A stretch of DNA of 64,000 bases from Phoronis australis. Taxonomy: Eukaryota; Animalia; Phoronida. Numbering within the stretch: position 1 is the first letter of the stretch; each line of letters starts with the position of its first letter. The stretch is taken from assembly GCA_002633005.1 (NCBI GenBank), contig NMRA01000131.1:483798-547797 (forward strand). The letters are read 5' to 3'. Shown in pieces: positions 28,201 through 41,628 of this stretch. The position numbers and the translations under genes are program-made. The notes under the pieces were generated by a model. It saw nothing but the letters and a program-made list of their open reading frames with translations. It ran no database searches and had not been told where the DNA came from.

Positions 28201-31200
28201 AAGAGGTTCATGAGCTCCTGTCTAAGGATTATCCTGTCAAGTACAAGGTGGGCACAGATTGGATGCATTTCTTGGTTTCTGCTTCCACCTGGAAATTGAA
28301 GTCTGTGAAGAAGACTTTCAATTATTGCCTTGACTATCTTTGCACAGCTTGGTGCATATTTGAAATTTACCATTAACGAACTAAGTTAAATACTAGCCTG
28401 CCTCAAACAGATTTTTTTTTAATTTTCCATATAAATATATTTCACTATCCTGATAGCTGTAGCAATGCTTTAGTAACACAAAAAAACATGATTTAAACAT
28501 TAAAAGACAGACCTGTCAAATAGTAGCTTTTCGCGCCATATTGCATCACCTCAAGGAAACGGAGAACAAGAGAACACACGATTAGTTTCGATCATTTGTC
28601 GTTTACTTACCAGTGTGAGCGGGTGCTGTACTAAACCTAACCATTCAATACACCTGACAATTTATGACTGTAGTGTGGTCGGAGTGGTGCTTTTAACTTA
28701 ATGTTTGAACTGATTTTACAGGTAAACTTCGAAGCTGCTATAAATCCATCTTAGTTCACTCATAGAAACCAACATTTGATTTAGACCACTCATCTCTATA
28801 ACCATTTCAGCATGTTCCTTACTCAGATGTGAAGGGATTTGGCTTGGAAAGACCTGACAGTTCCTTATTGCTTGCCTTCATGCTAGGAACATAAAAAGAT
28901 CCATTTGGACAATCTTTCTTCTTGAGCCTAGTCTCAAAGATTAATAAACTTTCAGTTCTTGCCCAGGCCAGAAGTAACCTCTGATCAGAGTAAGAAACAA
29001 ATTGGAACATGTTTTACACTGCTAAGCGTCACCTAGTGGCTATTTTTACTGTTTCAAGTCTGTTTTTTTTTGTTTTTTGGCATTTCCTTTGTAAGATCTT
29101 TATGAACTTAATAAGCAGATGTGATTGTTTGGAGATGGCAACATGACGACAAGTTTCAGTTTGAGAGATGATACCTTCTCATTTGTGGTTGGGTTCATTG
29201 TATTCTGTGCTATCTAATGGTAATTTTTTATGATACAAATAAACACCACTAGAAGCAGCACCGTTTGTAGTGCAGTCGTGAGTGCATTTCAACACTCGGA
29301 GTTGGTCTTGTTATGCTTTATTAATGTATAGTTAATACCAAGCTGAGGAGCTAGAGATCTTACTCAAGGGTCTAGCAGTGTTCCCCAGTGGGACTCGACT
29401 CCATGACCTTGAATAAAGGAAGTGATCACTTGTCCCATTGGGCCATATTGCCTGCTCCAAGTAAGTGACCTAAATCAAATTTAAGTGTTCTGAGGGAAGG
29501 CTGGTCTATAGCAGCTTTAAATTTCTCATTAATTCAAATTCCACAGTCACCTTTTGTTCATGAATTTGAGCACATTTGTTAACATTTGTTTACCAATTGT
29601 CTAATTGTCTTGTTACTGTCATCTTTCAGGAGTACGCCCATGTTCTTCACGAGAGAGAAAAAGAAAGAATTAAAGAAAAGTACAAAGAGTATGAAGCAGT
29701 AAGTTGTGTTCAATAACAACTGGAAATTCACTAGATGGTGTTAGTAAATCAAAGCTTTTACCTGTAAAAATGCAGGCAATCAGGTGGGAATCTTGCAAAC
29801 TAGCAAAACTATGCTCTTAGTGCTCCAGTGTGTTAAGATGGCAAAAGGAGGTAGTTTTATTCATTTGTGAAACCTTGGGAATATCGAGTTGCCCATTTTA
29901 TAGCAGTGCTTGTATGTGTGATGTATGTTTGTGTATTTATACACCTCCTATCTTTAGGCTGTATTGTGTTAGTGTCTCCAGCATCTCTCAGTTATTCTTG
30001 TATTTGTTCTACTTTCTGTATTAGCTTTTTGTATTTCTTTCTTCATTGTTTTTTAATAATTAGTTATGATTATTTAAATTAGCCTTCTAAATTTCCCGTG
30101 ACAAATCAATATCAATACTATTTGGGACTGACAGTCATTTGGCAGGGCTCACCTCAGGCTGTTAGTGTGACTTCTTTAGTTTTTAACACTTTCTACTGCT
30201 ATGCTTTAATGCTCCCGCCTCCCTTTTTCACCGTTTACATTTGGATTAGATAACTTTGTAATCTCCTGTGAAATGTTGATGAATTCCCTTTACAGAGCTT
30301 TTCAGAATAGTCAGATACGTCCTTTGAAATTCATTTTATTAAGACTAATAAAATCATTTCTCTCTTCAAAACATTGTCCTCGTCACTATGACAGCAGTAT
30401 GTAGACAAGTTAACTTTCAAGTGCAGGGGTGATTGCACACTGTTAAGCAATAGAATTGATTCTCGCTATAACAAAAGTATGAAACCACCCTTTAAAATTG
30501 TGGACTCATCTGTGCACTGAAGTCCAGTGAACCAGTCTAAGTGTAATCAGTGTTAAATATATCAATCCATATAATAGCTTAGCAGTGTGAACTTTGCCTC
30601 AGGTCAACGCTTGTGTTAATTTGCTCTGATTGATTTTATGGAATGTACGCTTGGTTTGTGGAAACTAAAATGTTTAGCCAACATCATTCATTACCTCCGA
30701 CTCTTTATTGACTGATACATTTTTGCATGCTGCTACGGAAAGCCCTTCGGTGCATTACATTTCGAAAACATGACATAATTTATCATCAATATTTGGCAAA
30801 ATTCAACTAATATGCAACAAATTTCACAATGTCTTTGAAACTATTATTTTAATTGTTATATCTAAGATGCACCTTTTGACTTCACAACAGCTCATAATTA
30901 CCTAGTAAGCATATTACGCAGGATCAAAATATGATTACTGCCAATATACTGCCAATATACTGCCAATATACTGCCAATATACTGCCAATATACTGCCAAT
31001 ATACTGCCAATATACTGCCAATATACTGCCAATATTGTGTGTGGAATGTCATTTTAACATTAATTCCTAATTTCGTATAGGCCTCTTTGTGTGTGTAGAA
31101 AATGAACATGATAATTGCTACAATTATTACAGTTATTATTGTTTATTATAATTGTTATTGATATTATTATTATTAGGGTTATCTTCTGCAATGCTCATAT

Positions 31201-34200
31201 TTTGTTTCAAATTCTTTTACGACAATATCTACTTTTTACCACCATGTGTATATTGACACTGGATGTAGTCTGTGGTATTATGTAGAAATACTAATATATG
31301 CTCGCATTTTGTACATTTCTAACTGAAGTGTCATAACTGGCACTTTAAGTATGCATAACAAACGGCGCAGGTCTCACTCTTCTTTTTTGAAGTTGTCTCA
31401 TGAATATATTCAGGTAAGACAACAAGCAGAGCATCTTTTCAGCAGAGGTAGACTATTGTTGACTGTACTGGGCCTGAACATGTTATTATTTAGTGCATTT
31501 GAGACCACTGTGTCACAGGTATTTCTGGTTTCAGCCTGTCATTGAGAAAAGCAAGTTAGAAGCGTTCAGAAAGAAAGCCATCAAAAGTGCCTCAGATTAC
31601 AACCGATTCTTCACAAGAGAAAGACTTGACCAGAGAATGGCTTACTTTGACCTGCAGACAATGGTGATTCCCAACACTTAAACTTGGCAGTCAAGTTATT
31701 GTTACTCAGTGAAAAACTTCAGTAGTAAATTGATTGTTGTCGGGGATTTACTGCCCTATTATGACGCGAGAGAATAGTAATTAGTTATGTGTTCTTCACA
31801 GGACTGGAATTAAACTTGTAAATATTGAACAAATCAAAACAAGTGTGTAAAAAATCTTAGTAAAGGCTGACTTGATTTCAACTACCAACAAGAACATCAA
31901 AGCCATCAGTGGTTCAAGAAATTGCTTCATAGTTTGTTGAGGTTTGCTAACCCTTAAATTGGTACATGCATGGAGTGCCTGTGACTTAATTTGTCAATTC
32001 AATGAGAAACAATTGAGAGTCAAATAAATGTAGTATTGTTTATAAACTTCAAAGCTCCTCAGTGAAGAATTCCAGATTGGCTGCTGAAGCGCACCGGCGT
32101 GCAGCTTTATGGGTAGTTGTTTGAATGTTACACAGAATAATGTTTTTCTGAAGACTGCCTATGAGAATTGTGCTAACAGGGTTACAAATTTATTCACATA
32201 GCTTTGGTCTCTTGTAGACGGTCCAGTTTCCTCGTGGGAAATACAAGGTGTTGAGCAAGGAAGAGACGGCAGTGAGTCGATACCCTGTGGCTCTGATACC
32301 AGGACAGTACCAGGACTATACTAAGAAGTATGCTTCACTTTGTTAAGATCAGTTAAAGTAACGCTAGTTCTGCTCTTTTATGAAAATTGCTTGAAATTTG
32401 CTGGGATTCTGAATTTCAACAAATTTTGCAGGATCAGCTGTGGGAAGTTTGTGAGCAGACCTTTGTTTACTCAATTAAAAATCCAAGCCAGATTGCTCTC
32501 GCCCAATGTCAGTGTTACAGCCTATGCTCTGACACTTAATTTATTGATATTATCAATCACAAAAATTTTAGATGTCTTCAAGGCTTGTCGTTGGAGGCTC
32601 CTGAACTTGCTGGGATTCTCTGTTTCCTGAGGACACAACATATTAGTTCAAATAAGAGTAAAAATATTCCGGCAAGATTTCTGAGATTCTGAAATACATG
32701 GTATCAATACTAATGGTTCTTACAGCTTATATAGTTTGTTAATAGTTTATAAATTCTAGTCTCTAGAATGAATTTAAAGTTTATCTTTGATGTAGCCGGG
32801 CTAAACAGACTTTGCATATTTTGTCACCTTGGGAACAAATGCCACCGCTAAATAACTCTCAATTCACACAATATAGCTTGTAGATCTCTCTATACATTGA
32901 TCTGTGTCACTGGCATGTAATAGCAATGCACTTTACCCTAATTTTCTTTTAGGCATACAGCTGAAGAACTAAAATACTTCCCTATTAACTCTGCCGTCTA
33001 CTGTCCACCCAAGCTGGTCGGGTCAGTTTATGCCAACCCTGATGAACCCGTAGTGGAGTCAGACCATGATGAGCCAGCCAATGTGCAGGTGATTTATACC
33101 GCTGACTGTACACATATTGTTATTGCATCTTCAGCTTGCTCTACATGACTCCTTAAATTTAGCAATTTGTGTTTAATAATACACATATATTTACTAGGTT
33201 GTCATGGCTGATTCGATATCTGCTAGTTGGCCAAAGGGCTCTCCACGTCTGAATAGACTAAGAACAAAACTGTTCACCTGTTTGGGGACATACATAAGAT
33301 AAGAGTTCCACACGACATGAATGCATGCATTTGTATTGATAAAACAATTTTCCCTTGTGCTGATTGATGCATTTATGCTAATAATCAATGCCAAGCGTGT
33401 ATTATCAATGCCAGTCTCTTGGTTTTAGCCAGTTTCAAGTTATTTGCAACTTGTTGTGTGTATCTTAATGTGTTGAATATTACTAATAATTATATATTTA
33501 TTCATGCAATGTACATAGAACACGTACACGTTGAAGTGCAGACATGTTTGGAACTCTACGGAGGCTAGTTGACTTGTGTTTAACTTGAACGTGCTTTCTC
33601 ATTTGACTTTGTCACCTTTAGGACCAAGATGAAAGTGATGACTTATCTAAATGACTGAAGGAAAGATAAGAACTTATTTTAACTTATGAGTCAGCCAATG
33701 AAGAGGGACCACTGAATATATGAACAGTAAATAAATAACACATGATAGTAAGCAGAACTGGGAAGCAGTATTCATTAGGGGCCTTCTAGCATCGTACCCA
33801 CCTCTGTGACACTCTGTGAGGCCTCTGTTATTAATGTGCCTTTTTCCATTTCAGGAGAAGACCGACTCTGACACAAGTAGCAGTCATAGTTCAGTGAGTG
33901 GTGATTCAGAATCTGAGTCAGCTGAAGAGGAACAGGTGTGTTGTGTTGTGTAACAAGGGTTCAGATCTTGTTGTGTCATAGAAAATGAAGAGACTTGAAG
34001 TGCTTTGTATCTTATATGAATCTGGGTGGACGAATGAAAAAAACTTTTATTCAATATATTACTAAATAGTATTAGGGTGGAATTCATGATATGCAAGTTT
34101 AAATGATTATGTGCCACTCACAATCCAAAGAAAGTTGTCTTCTCAATTTCGAAACTTTGTGCTCTAGCATAAAGAGAAACTTGGTGTGGTCTGTTTACTT

Positions 34201-37200
34201 CTTCTTTTTCCACATGATAAGACCACAAGAATCTGGCTTCATGACAGGTTTGTTGTATATCCTTTTGTAAAAGTTGTTGGTGGAACACGTTTTCTGGTTC
34301 TTGTGACAAGTTGTGTAAGTCTTAACAACACGGAAATAAAACTTATGTAGCAGAAATGTGCAATTTCTGTTCATTATGTGTTTCAGGCGGTGCCCAAGGT
34401 GTGTCACTATTGTCAGGGTAAAGACAAGAACAAAGACGGCAAGCGTGAAGATCTGGTGGAGTGCGCTGAGTGCGCCAGACATGGTAGGGCCTTGTGAACA
34501 GCACAGCCTGCTTGCAAACCACTCTGTGCTTGTTTCTGTTCAGTTTCTGAGTCCATTTGCAGCAGCCATGTTCACATGACATAGCTGAGACTCCTAGATA
34601 AAGGCATAAAGCAACATGTGTATCAGAAATAACATGTTAATGATAAGTTCACAAGCCTATTTACTTATTCAACCCTCAACACCATATGGTGTATATAGCT
34701 TTATCTCCTGGGTCAAGGCTGAGGAATGTCTACCCCTTGTAGTGAGGAAATTTCAGGCAAAACTAAGTCCGTAGTGCTGCTGTTAATTAAAACATTGCTC
34801 ACTCATTATGAAACTTTTATTTAACAAAATTTCAGGAATATGTGATAAATTTCCTTGATTCTATTGCATTTTTTATCCAAATTTGCTGTTGACAAAGGAT
34901 AGAATGACTATATTTAATTTCCAGAAAATGTCTGTGAAGTTTTCGTTAAAACATTTAACTCACAGTGGTTAACTTGTTCCAGCTTTGGGTTCACAGCATA
35001 CTCCGTTTCTGACCAAATGTGTATTTTTTGCCCAAATCTACAGGTCAGTGAACAAGTTGATTGAGTTGGAGAATATCTTTTAATTCCTCCTTTTCCCCAA
35101 ATATGTTCCAATTAATTGGTCAGAATATCCATGCAGGATCAAGCTGGCGTTAGCAACTGAGTATATTTATAGTTGAGAAATCGAAAACTAGTGACGGTGA
35201 ATAATATTTCCAATAATAGGACATGTTCTTCTCCAAATCTAATCAGTTCTAAGAAAGAAACAGGAGCCTCTAAGGAGAGGATTTTGTCATGAAAGCAGTG
35301 TTATGTAATACCACTCACTTAGGCTTTGATTCAGTGCAAGTTGAAATATAATGAATATGTTAATGAAATCTTTGCAACATTAACAGTCACTGCAATGTTA
35401 TGCTCTTCCTAGTTTTACCATGAAGTGGTTTTGAAGTCCAGAAATAGCAACCAATAGGCATTGAGTTGACAAATTATGCCTTAATACACAAAACTGGGAA
35501 TAGCCTGGACAAAGTAGTCTTATAGATTGTTGCCTTCTGTCTCCCATCAATGCAGCATGCGACTGAGGTGCAAAGTTTAAATAACACAGCCTGCGGTAGC
35601 TGACTCTGAATGCAAAAATAAATAACCATACCAGCTGTGAGCATTGGGGTCAAATGAGTTGAACGACACCCGTGGGCATTAGGGTCAATTGAGTTAAAGA
35701 ATTGGTGTACAGCATTTAAGTTGATAATTAAAGCGTGGAACAAGTTGATCTGGAACATTTTGCACTGCCTTATTTAGTGATGCAAAGCACTGATTTTGCA
35801 CGTTTCAGGTTAGAAACATATTTTGGTCATTTCATCTCCCATTCAAACACAGCAGTGTTGTGTGGCAAATATGACATACCAAGGGTTTAAGTAGTATTTT
35901 GTCTCCATTCTACAATATTAACAAATATTGGTTAAAATGGAAAGTTAAAGCAACTGACCACCTTCATTGCTATGGATAAAATTTCTGAAATAACATTTTA
36001 CAATTAATAGTAAAAAGTCATAATTGTGGAGTCGTGAAACTGTTAAAAAATACTTGATAATCACTGGCACTTTCAAGGAAGTCTCGATCATATAAATTGG
36101 GGGTGGGCGTTTAGCCGAGCATGGGCATTTGACCATGAAAATTAAGTAATTTTTCATGAAGATGTTAAGTCAAAAATGGTTTTTAGTGAGGACGAGTTCT
36201 TAATGAGTTGATGATAGTACTTGAAAAGTTAATTTAAACTTGATCACTGGTAATGAAAGTGATCAGTTACTTTAATGATCAACAGATGATGAAAGCATTG
36301 GTTCTTCACTTTGTTGATAACACCATAATCATGCTGACATATTCAACACAGTGTCAGCATATCATAAACCTCTTCGATTTACTCCAGTTCTCAACATTGC
36401 ATTTTCTTTCTGCAGGTCACCCCACCTGCTTTGAGCTTACTCAGGAGATGATACCTATGATCAAGACTTACCCGTGGCAATGTATGGATTGTAAGACATG
36501 TGTTGAGTGTACTGACCCTCATGACGAGGTAAGACTTGCCCCGGCAATGTATGGATTTTAAGACATGTGTTGAGTGTACTGACCCTCATGACGAGGTAAG
36601 ACTTGCCCCGGCAATGTATGGATTGTAAGACATGTGTTGAGTGTACTGACCCTCATGACGAGGTAAGACTTGCCCTAGCAATGTATGGATTGAAAAACAT
36701 TTTGTTGAGATCAGTGTACCGGCCCTCATGGTGTGGTGAGGTATACCTGTGGCAATGTATGGATTGTAAGGCATACATTGAGTGTCTTGACCCTCATGGT
36801 GTGGTAAGATATGTTATGCACTTAATATCATAATATAATACACCTCTGTATGTATATGAGTATGCATATATACATACACGTACATACAGATATGGTCAAC
36901 GTGTATATATGTTCATTTTGCATTCTAAGGAAGAAGAGATCATATTGCTGATAGTGTTTGACACTTACCTGTATAGTATTTGATGATTTGATTATAACAA
37001 GGACCAGAGGCCTAGCTACTGAATAAATATATGAAAGCGATCCGAGGAGCGAAAATTAACCAAAAAACCACGTTAGAGATGACCAGAAAAGACGATGACA
37101 GAGATGATGACGAAGATGACAGCTATGATGACGAAGATGACAGCTATGATGACGATGGTGGCGATGATGGACAATGCAAGTTATGATATCATTCATATGA

Positions 37201-39608
37201 CGAACGTAAAGGTCAGAAGTCACTGAGAAATAGGCTACAGTCTTGAGCAACACTTGGCGAAATTAACTGAAGAAAAGACGACGTCGGAGATGATGACGAA
37301 GATGACGGATATGATGATGGTGGTGGCGATGATGAACAATATCATAACATTCATATGACGAACTTAAATGTCATAAATCAATAATTAGAAATAGGCTACA
37401 GTCTAGTTCAATAGAAGCTAAACCAACATCAATGCAGCAAGAGCGCTCAACAAAGGAACAGCGTTATCAGAAAATCTCAAATAACTCGAAAAGTAGACGT
37501 CCTAGCGAAAAATGGAAAACATCTTCTGAAAGCCCATTCAAAATTCTATCTAAATTCAATTTGATAGTATCACACAATTCTGTAAATTTTTAGAAAAAAA
37601 TGAAATTTTGCATTTTTTTTTAAGAAATTCGAAGTCAAATAACTCGAAAACGGTAAGTCTGAGAAAAAAATTGTTACAGTTCATTTGATAAAATATACTT
37701 TAGAGAATCCACATGCAAAATTTCACGTCATTTCCTCTTCCCGTTAAAATAGCACCCCATCACAACTGAAAAAAGGTCAACATGCGCCGGATCCGCCCTC
37801 TTGAGAGCAACTTCCGGTTTTTTGGATTTGTATAAAAGCATGTCATAAGAAACTAATATCTGCAAAAATTCGAAGGAATTGGCCAATAATGCGCCCTCTA
37901 CAGGAGAAAACGTTTTTTTCCTGAAATCGAGGTGCGCATGCGCGAGTACCAATATTTCCGCCATCTTTAAACGGAAGTGAACAATTTCTGGTATACATGT
38001 AGTGCACATCTGGTCTAATAATTGTGCTGATTGTCAGCCCTGTACGTAAAAAAATTGTAGCCTCCAGAGGCTTTTGAATCTTAAAATGAAAACAAAATGG
38101 CCGCCACAGCCGCCATCTTGGATCCGATTATGATGAAAAACAATAGGCTTCCAGTACTTCCGAAAGTACGTGCTGTGTGTAAATTTCGTGATGATCCGAC
38201 GAAAATTGTGACCTGTATCGTGCGAACAAACAAAAAAAACTTGATAGATGAGCAACATACTTGGCGAAATTTATTTCCAGCATCTTTTTGAATGAGCTAG
38301 TTGTTCTACATATGCGTAGTCATACTATTTTTTTATTAAACCCACCTGTAGCGCAGAGTTTAAAAAACATTTTACCTTGAATATTATCTTAATATCAAAT
38401 TGATAGTTAATGTTCCTAATTTTGTACATTCCAAGTGCAATTCATTGATTGCCTTTGTGACTAGATTTGGTTCTGCACATTTGATTTACACAGCGTATGG
38501 AATGTACATTTAAATGACAGTATTCAATGTCTTGTTGCCATAAGTTCCATTTCTCGTTGCATTGCTGTTATGATTTTCGTTACAGGACAAGATGATGTTC
38601 TGTGATCACTGTGACCGTGGTTACCACACATTCTGTGTAGGTCTACGCTCCATCCCCACCGGCCGCTGGGAATGTCCCAGCTGTAGGCCAGCCGCCCCAC
38701 CTGCCAAGTAAGTATGTCGGTCAAGTGATGTCCAGTATGAATGGTCCATACATGCGGTCAGTTTCTGCATGTCCTCATGAGATTGATGTAAATTCATCTA
38801 CTTAAACTGAATAATACTGTCTCATAACTTATACGATAATTATTAAATATTTTTGTAAAAGTTCATATTTTCTGATATCAATAACACAATCAAATTTTAT
38901 TTTATGTAAGAGTTCAAGATGAGATCTCAAAACGCTGTTACAGTTTTCTAAAATATTTTGTTTTAGTCCTATTTCTGATAGCCCCTCATGCAAAAGTGTA
39001 ACAGCGTTTTAGGTGTGTAACTACCGCAGAATAGACTGCAGTATTTACATATTCGTTTCTGTTTAGACCCTTCCTCTCATCACGTGTATCCCCACTGTTA
39101 GTTGTCGCGACCCATATTGTTCTTATTGCCTGATGTGTATCACTATGCAGTCATCTGTGCTACTCTATACGTCTATGTGTCATGCCCTTGATAAAGAGCG
39201 CACCGCTCGAAACTTGGGGAATATTTTAATATATTTTAGTACCGACGCTCGTCGTTTCACTTGATAGTTACTATTATTTTACTCTTCTTAATCGCCAGTA
39301 ACTGCACGGCATTCCAGCACCTTTTTTATTGATCATTGCAAGAAATGGAATGCATTGATGACCTTAAGTTTGAAAGACATGTTTGCATGGAACCAATGAC
39401 TGGTGCTGCCACCTGGTAGTGTCTGGAACCTGGGCATGATGGTTTTCTCCTGTTCAGAGCGACTGTAATGGTTCACTATTGCAATGAAAGCCCTATTCAA
39501 AATCATTGCTCTTGTTTATTACTCCTTCAGATAGCAAACTAGATTTCTTAATGGTTTATTTATGGTAGTTGTATTCATATTATTTTCAGAAAATCAAGAA
39601 AGAAATGA
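25242..39608 (+). CDS. PHF10: PHD finger protein 10 (BAF45a / SAYP, PBAF subunit); 13 coding exons, up to about 690 aa
   Basis: Spliced translation closely matches human PHF10 as I recall it: [95 protein letters not shown]. All junctions GT-AG and phase-consistent (2073 nt). Start codon uncertain (25242 or 25505). Confidence 0.95.
25488..26397 (+). CDS. PHF10: PHF10 large acidic N-terminal exon
   Basis: Long open frame (ORF 25481..26449); donor gtatgt at 26398, phase 2 joins the next exon in frame. Confidence 0.8.
26095..26248 (+). repeat. Coding 21-bp repeat, (E[N/T]ASDVL) x about 7
   Basis: gaaaatgccagtgatgtctta unit. Confidence 0.9.
26405..26745. repeat. Intronic minisatellite, 34-bp unit (gtgtggagtgatatgagagagggtatatatgtct), about 9-10 copies
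   Basis: Visible directly; begins next to the splice donor. Confidence 0.95.
27045..27172 (+). CDS. PHF10: PHF10 exon (SAY domain start)
   Basis: [42 protein letters not shown]. Confidence 0.95.
28096..28247 (+). CDS. PHF10: PHF10 exon
   Basis: [51 protein letters not shown]. Confidence 0.95.
29340..29456 (-). mobile_element. tRNA-derived SINE fragment
   Basis: - strand: A-box TGGCCCAATGG, B-box-like GGAGTCGAGTCCC, then cccttgagtaag, similar to a common SINE core. Confidence 0.55.
29630..29698 (+). CDS. PHF10: PHF10 exon
   Basis: [23 protein letters not shown]. Confidence 0.95.
30937..31035. repeat. Perfect 11-bp tandem repeat (ACTGCCAATAT) x9
   Basis: Visible directly. Confidence 0.97.
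31535..31663 (+). CDS. PHF10: PHF10 exon
   Basis: [43 protein letters not shown]. Confidence 0.95.
32218..32327 (+). CDS. PHF10: PHF10 exon
   Basis: [36 protein letters not shown]. Confidence 0.95.
32953..33088 (+). CDS. PHF10: PHF10 exon
   Basis: [45 protein letters not shown]. Confidence 0.92.
33855..33935 (+). CDS. PHF10: PHF10 exon (S/E-rich linker)
   Basis: [27 protein letters not shown]; phase 0-0. Confidence 0.85.
34387..34483 (+). CDS. PHF10: PHF10 exon (PHD1 start)
   Basis: [32 protein letters not shown]. Confidence 0.93.
36416..36528 (+). CDS. PHF10: PHF10 exon (PHD1 end / PHD2 start)
   Basis: [38 protein letters not shown]. Confidence 0.95.
36463..36810 (+). repeat. About 67-bp tandem repeat made of the exon 3' end plus donor, 5 copies
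   Basis: ggcaatgtatggattgtaagacatgtgttgagtgtactgaccctcatgacgag/gtaaga repeated. Confidence 0.95.
36996..38272. mobile_element. Non-autonomous DNA/Helentron-like insertion in a PHF10 intron, with internal (GAT)n-rich duplication
   Basis: Starts aacaaggaccagagg; internal ~170-200-bp GAT-rich duplication; gagcaaca(ta)cttggcgaaatt at about 37245 and 38250; aaatttcgtg and ccgccatctt motifs typical of such elements. Confidence 0.5.
38586..38707 (+). CDS. PHF10: PHF10 exon (PHD2)
   Basis: [40 protein letters not shown]. Confidence 0.96.
39130..39300 (+). mobile_element. Penelope-like terminal remnant
   Basis: cccttgataaagagcgcaccgctcgaaac resembles the cttgataaag...cgaaac motif of Penelope termini. 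Confidence 0.4.
39590..39608 (+). CDS. PHF10: PHF10 last coding exon (KKSRKK*)
   Basis: tattttcag acceptor, phase 2 fits, TGA at 39606. Confidence 0.8.
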
Positions 39609-39682
39609 GATGCAACGAGTAAGGACGGGGAAATATATTTTTTATATTTTCAATGTTGTGTATTTTTTCATTTAGATATTGT

Positions 39683-39688
39683 AATAAA
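39683..39688 (+). terminator. Candidate polyadenylation signal of PHF10
   Basis: AATAAA about 75 nt after the stop. Confidence 0.5.
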
Positions 39689-39929
39689 CAACCTTGGTGA
39701 AAATACATGCTAATCTCCTGTATTTTTAACGAAACAGTGGCTGAACACAGCAGTCATTCAGCAACGCACGCTAGCAGTAGAGCCGTGCAGATAATCTTAT
39801 AAACAGGTGATAACACTAGTCTTGCCATTTTTACTATTCTCGGACAATAGAAACTTGCAGGGGTCCTTTTTTGAGAATCGCTTGAATGCCAAAATCCAAT
39901 TTTCTGTAGTCAATAGAACAGTCACTTAA

Positions 39930-40072
39930 TATACACATGGACATGTTTGCATGAAGATGAAAGTTTGCATGGGGTGTGAAACCTCTTGTTAACTAGGCAC
40001 TAGTTAAGAACTGCAGGCAATAGCCACAGGGGTCGTGGATTTTGAGTCATTTTGTTGCCCATTATTCGGTGG
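39930..40072 (+). repeat. Interspersed repeat; second copy at about 57922-58068
   Basis: acatggacatgtttg(c/t)atgaag...aagtttgcatgg...aactgcaggca...ccattattc shared. Confidence 0.75.
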
Positions 40073-40795
40073 CTGGTATTCAAAATAAAAGATTACTAAT
40101 GAAAGATGTACAATCATGATGCTTGATTTTGCTAACTTTTTGTCATGTTTTGCAGTATATGGAAACAAAAATTATATAGATGTTAGAAAGGACAAGAATC
40201 GAAAATAATTTGTCATCATTGAGACAGTGTTCTCCCATGTTATTGAGTGGTTCTTTGAAATGACCTATTCCTTGATTATAAACAAGAGCAACAAGGAGTG
40301 TTACCAGTCGTGTATGACACAGCAGTTGGACCTGTGCGAAAAATAATCGCTTATAGTGCTTTTTGCAGTAGGAACACACATCAATTTTCATACCAATTCT
40401 AGAGTGGTTTGACCAAGTGAGAGGCAGGTGTCAAAAAACAGTCCCAAAAACTCTAAAAAGGGCCCCTAAATGGGAAGGTGGCATGGTCTCCTACATAGAC
40501 AACTATTTGTCAAATTTCTTGAAAATACATTAAAAGGAACTCCGAAGATGCAAAGGCAAACATAGAAAAATAAAATTGTCTCTAGGACCATGGCGGCGCT
40601 TAGATCCATAACAATTCACTCTCGCTGTCACATCCAAAACGGAAACATATCTGATAAATGTGAAAATCCATCGGACGCGGGATGGACAGAGAGTAATGAC
40701 AACACAATGCATCCACATATATGGGAGCCCATAAAAATGTGCATCAGTCTCTGTAAGTGGCATAGAAACCTTCAATTTTAGTAAGAAATGCGTAT

Positions 40796-40801
40796 TTTAT
40801 T
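40796..40801 (-). terminator. Candidate polyadenylation signal of the channel gene
   Basis: AATAAA on - strand about 800 nt past the stop. Confidence 0.4.
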
Positions 40802-41458
40802 AAAACAATGAAAACATTTAATATCACATCTTGAGCAAGTTATCCGCAATACATTGCTATACAAACAATGCAATAGAATAGTACAAATATAACAGTGCAA
40901 TGCTATTATATTATTAGGAATGCATGACGGTGCACTTAAACAGTAAAATGGAGAACAAATAATTAATACTGGCCGGTAATCACGGTTGATAATCAGCTCA
41001 GAATGTTTTGCATAAAAATTCCGGTCATTAATTCCATGACAGGAATCTTTAAAATCAAACACCGGGATATCTTGTTCGAAATCAAACCTCAACAGTTCAC
41101 ATTTCCTGTGCAAGATCGGTCTCATTAAAATAAATACAACTGACTGACAACAAACTCATGATTGCATACTGAGATTGTACTTTGCATAAACACTAAATCA
41201 GTAATCACTGGTACAAGTAAAGAATAGGTCACAATCTGATGAATGTCATTGAATGATCTAGCTTTAATGTCTTCACAATCATTCCGTTGTCTTAGGTACA
41301 ATGCATAGATAATTTAAAATAGTTAAAGTGAAATGTAAAATACTCTTGGCACAATATTTACAAAAGTTTTAAGAGCATGTTGATATTAACAACTGTAAGA
41401 AAATGAAAGACTTTCTAGTGTATAATATGAAACCTTGGTGGACGGGTAACACATCTCT

Positions 41459-41628
41459 GGCTTGCATCCAGGCTTATCTCCTTAATTTGTCTATCATGGC
41501 TGTACAGTTCACACTTGGGCTTGCATCCAGGCTAATCTCCTTAATTTCGCCACCATAGCTGCACAGTTAACACATAGACTTGCATCCAGGCTTATCTTCT
41601 TAATTTGGCCATCATGGCTGCACGGTTG
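41459..41628 (-). repeat. 59-bp tandem repeat x3 including the channel gene stop region
   Basis: cttgcatccaggct(t/a)atct(c/t)cttaattt... repeated. Confidence 0.9.

Noticed and set aside
29340-29456. tRNA gene
   Set aside because: A/B boxes present but no cloverleaf; treated as a SINE
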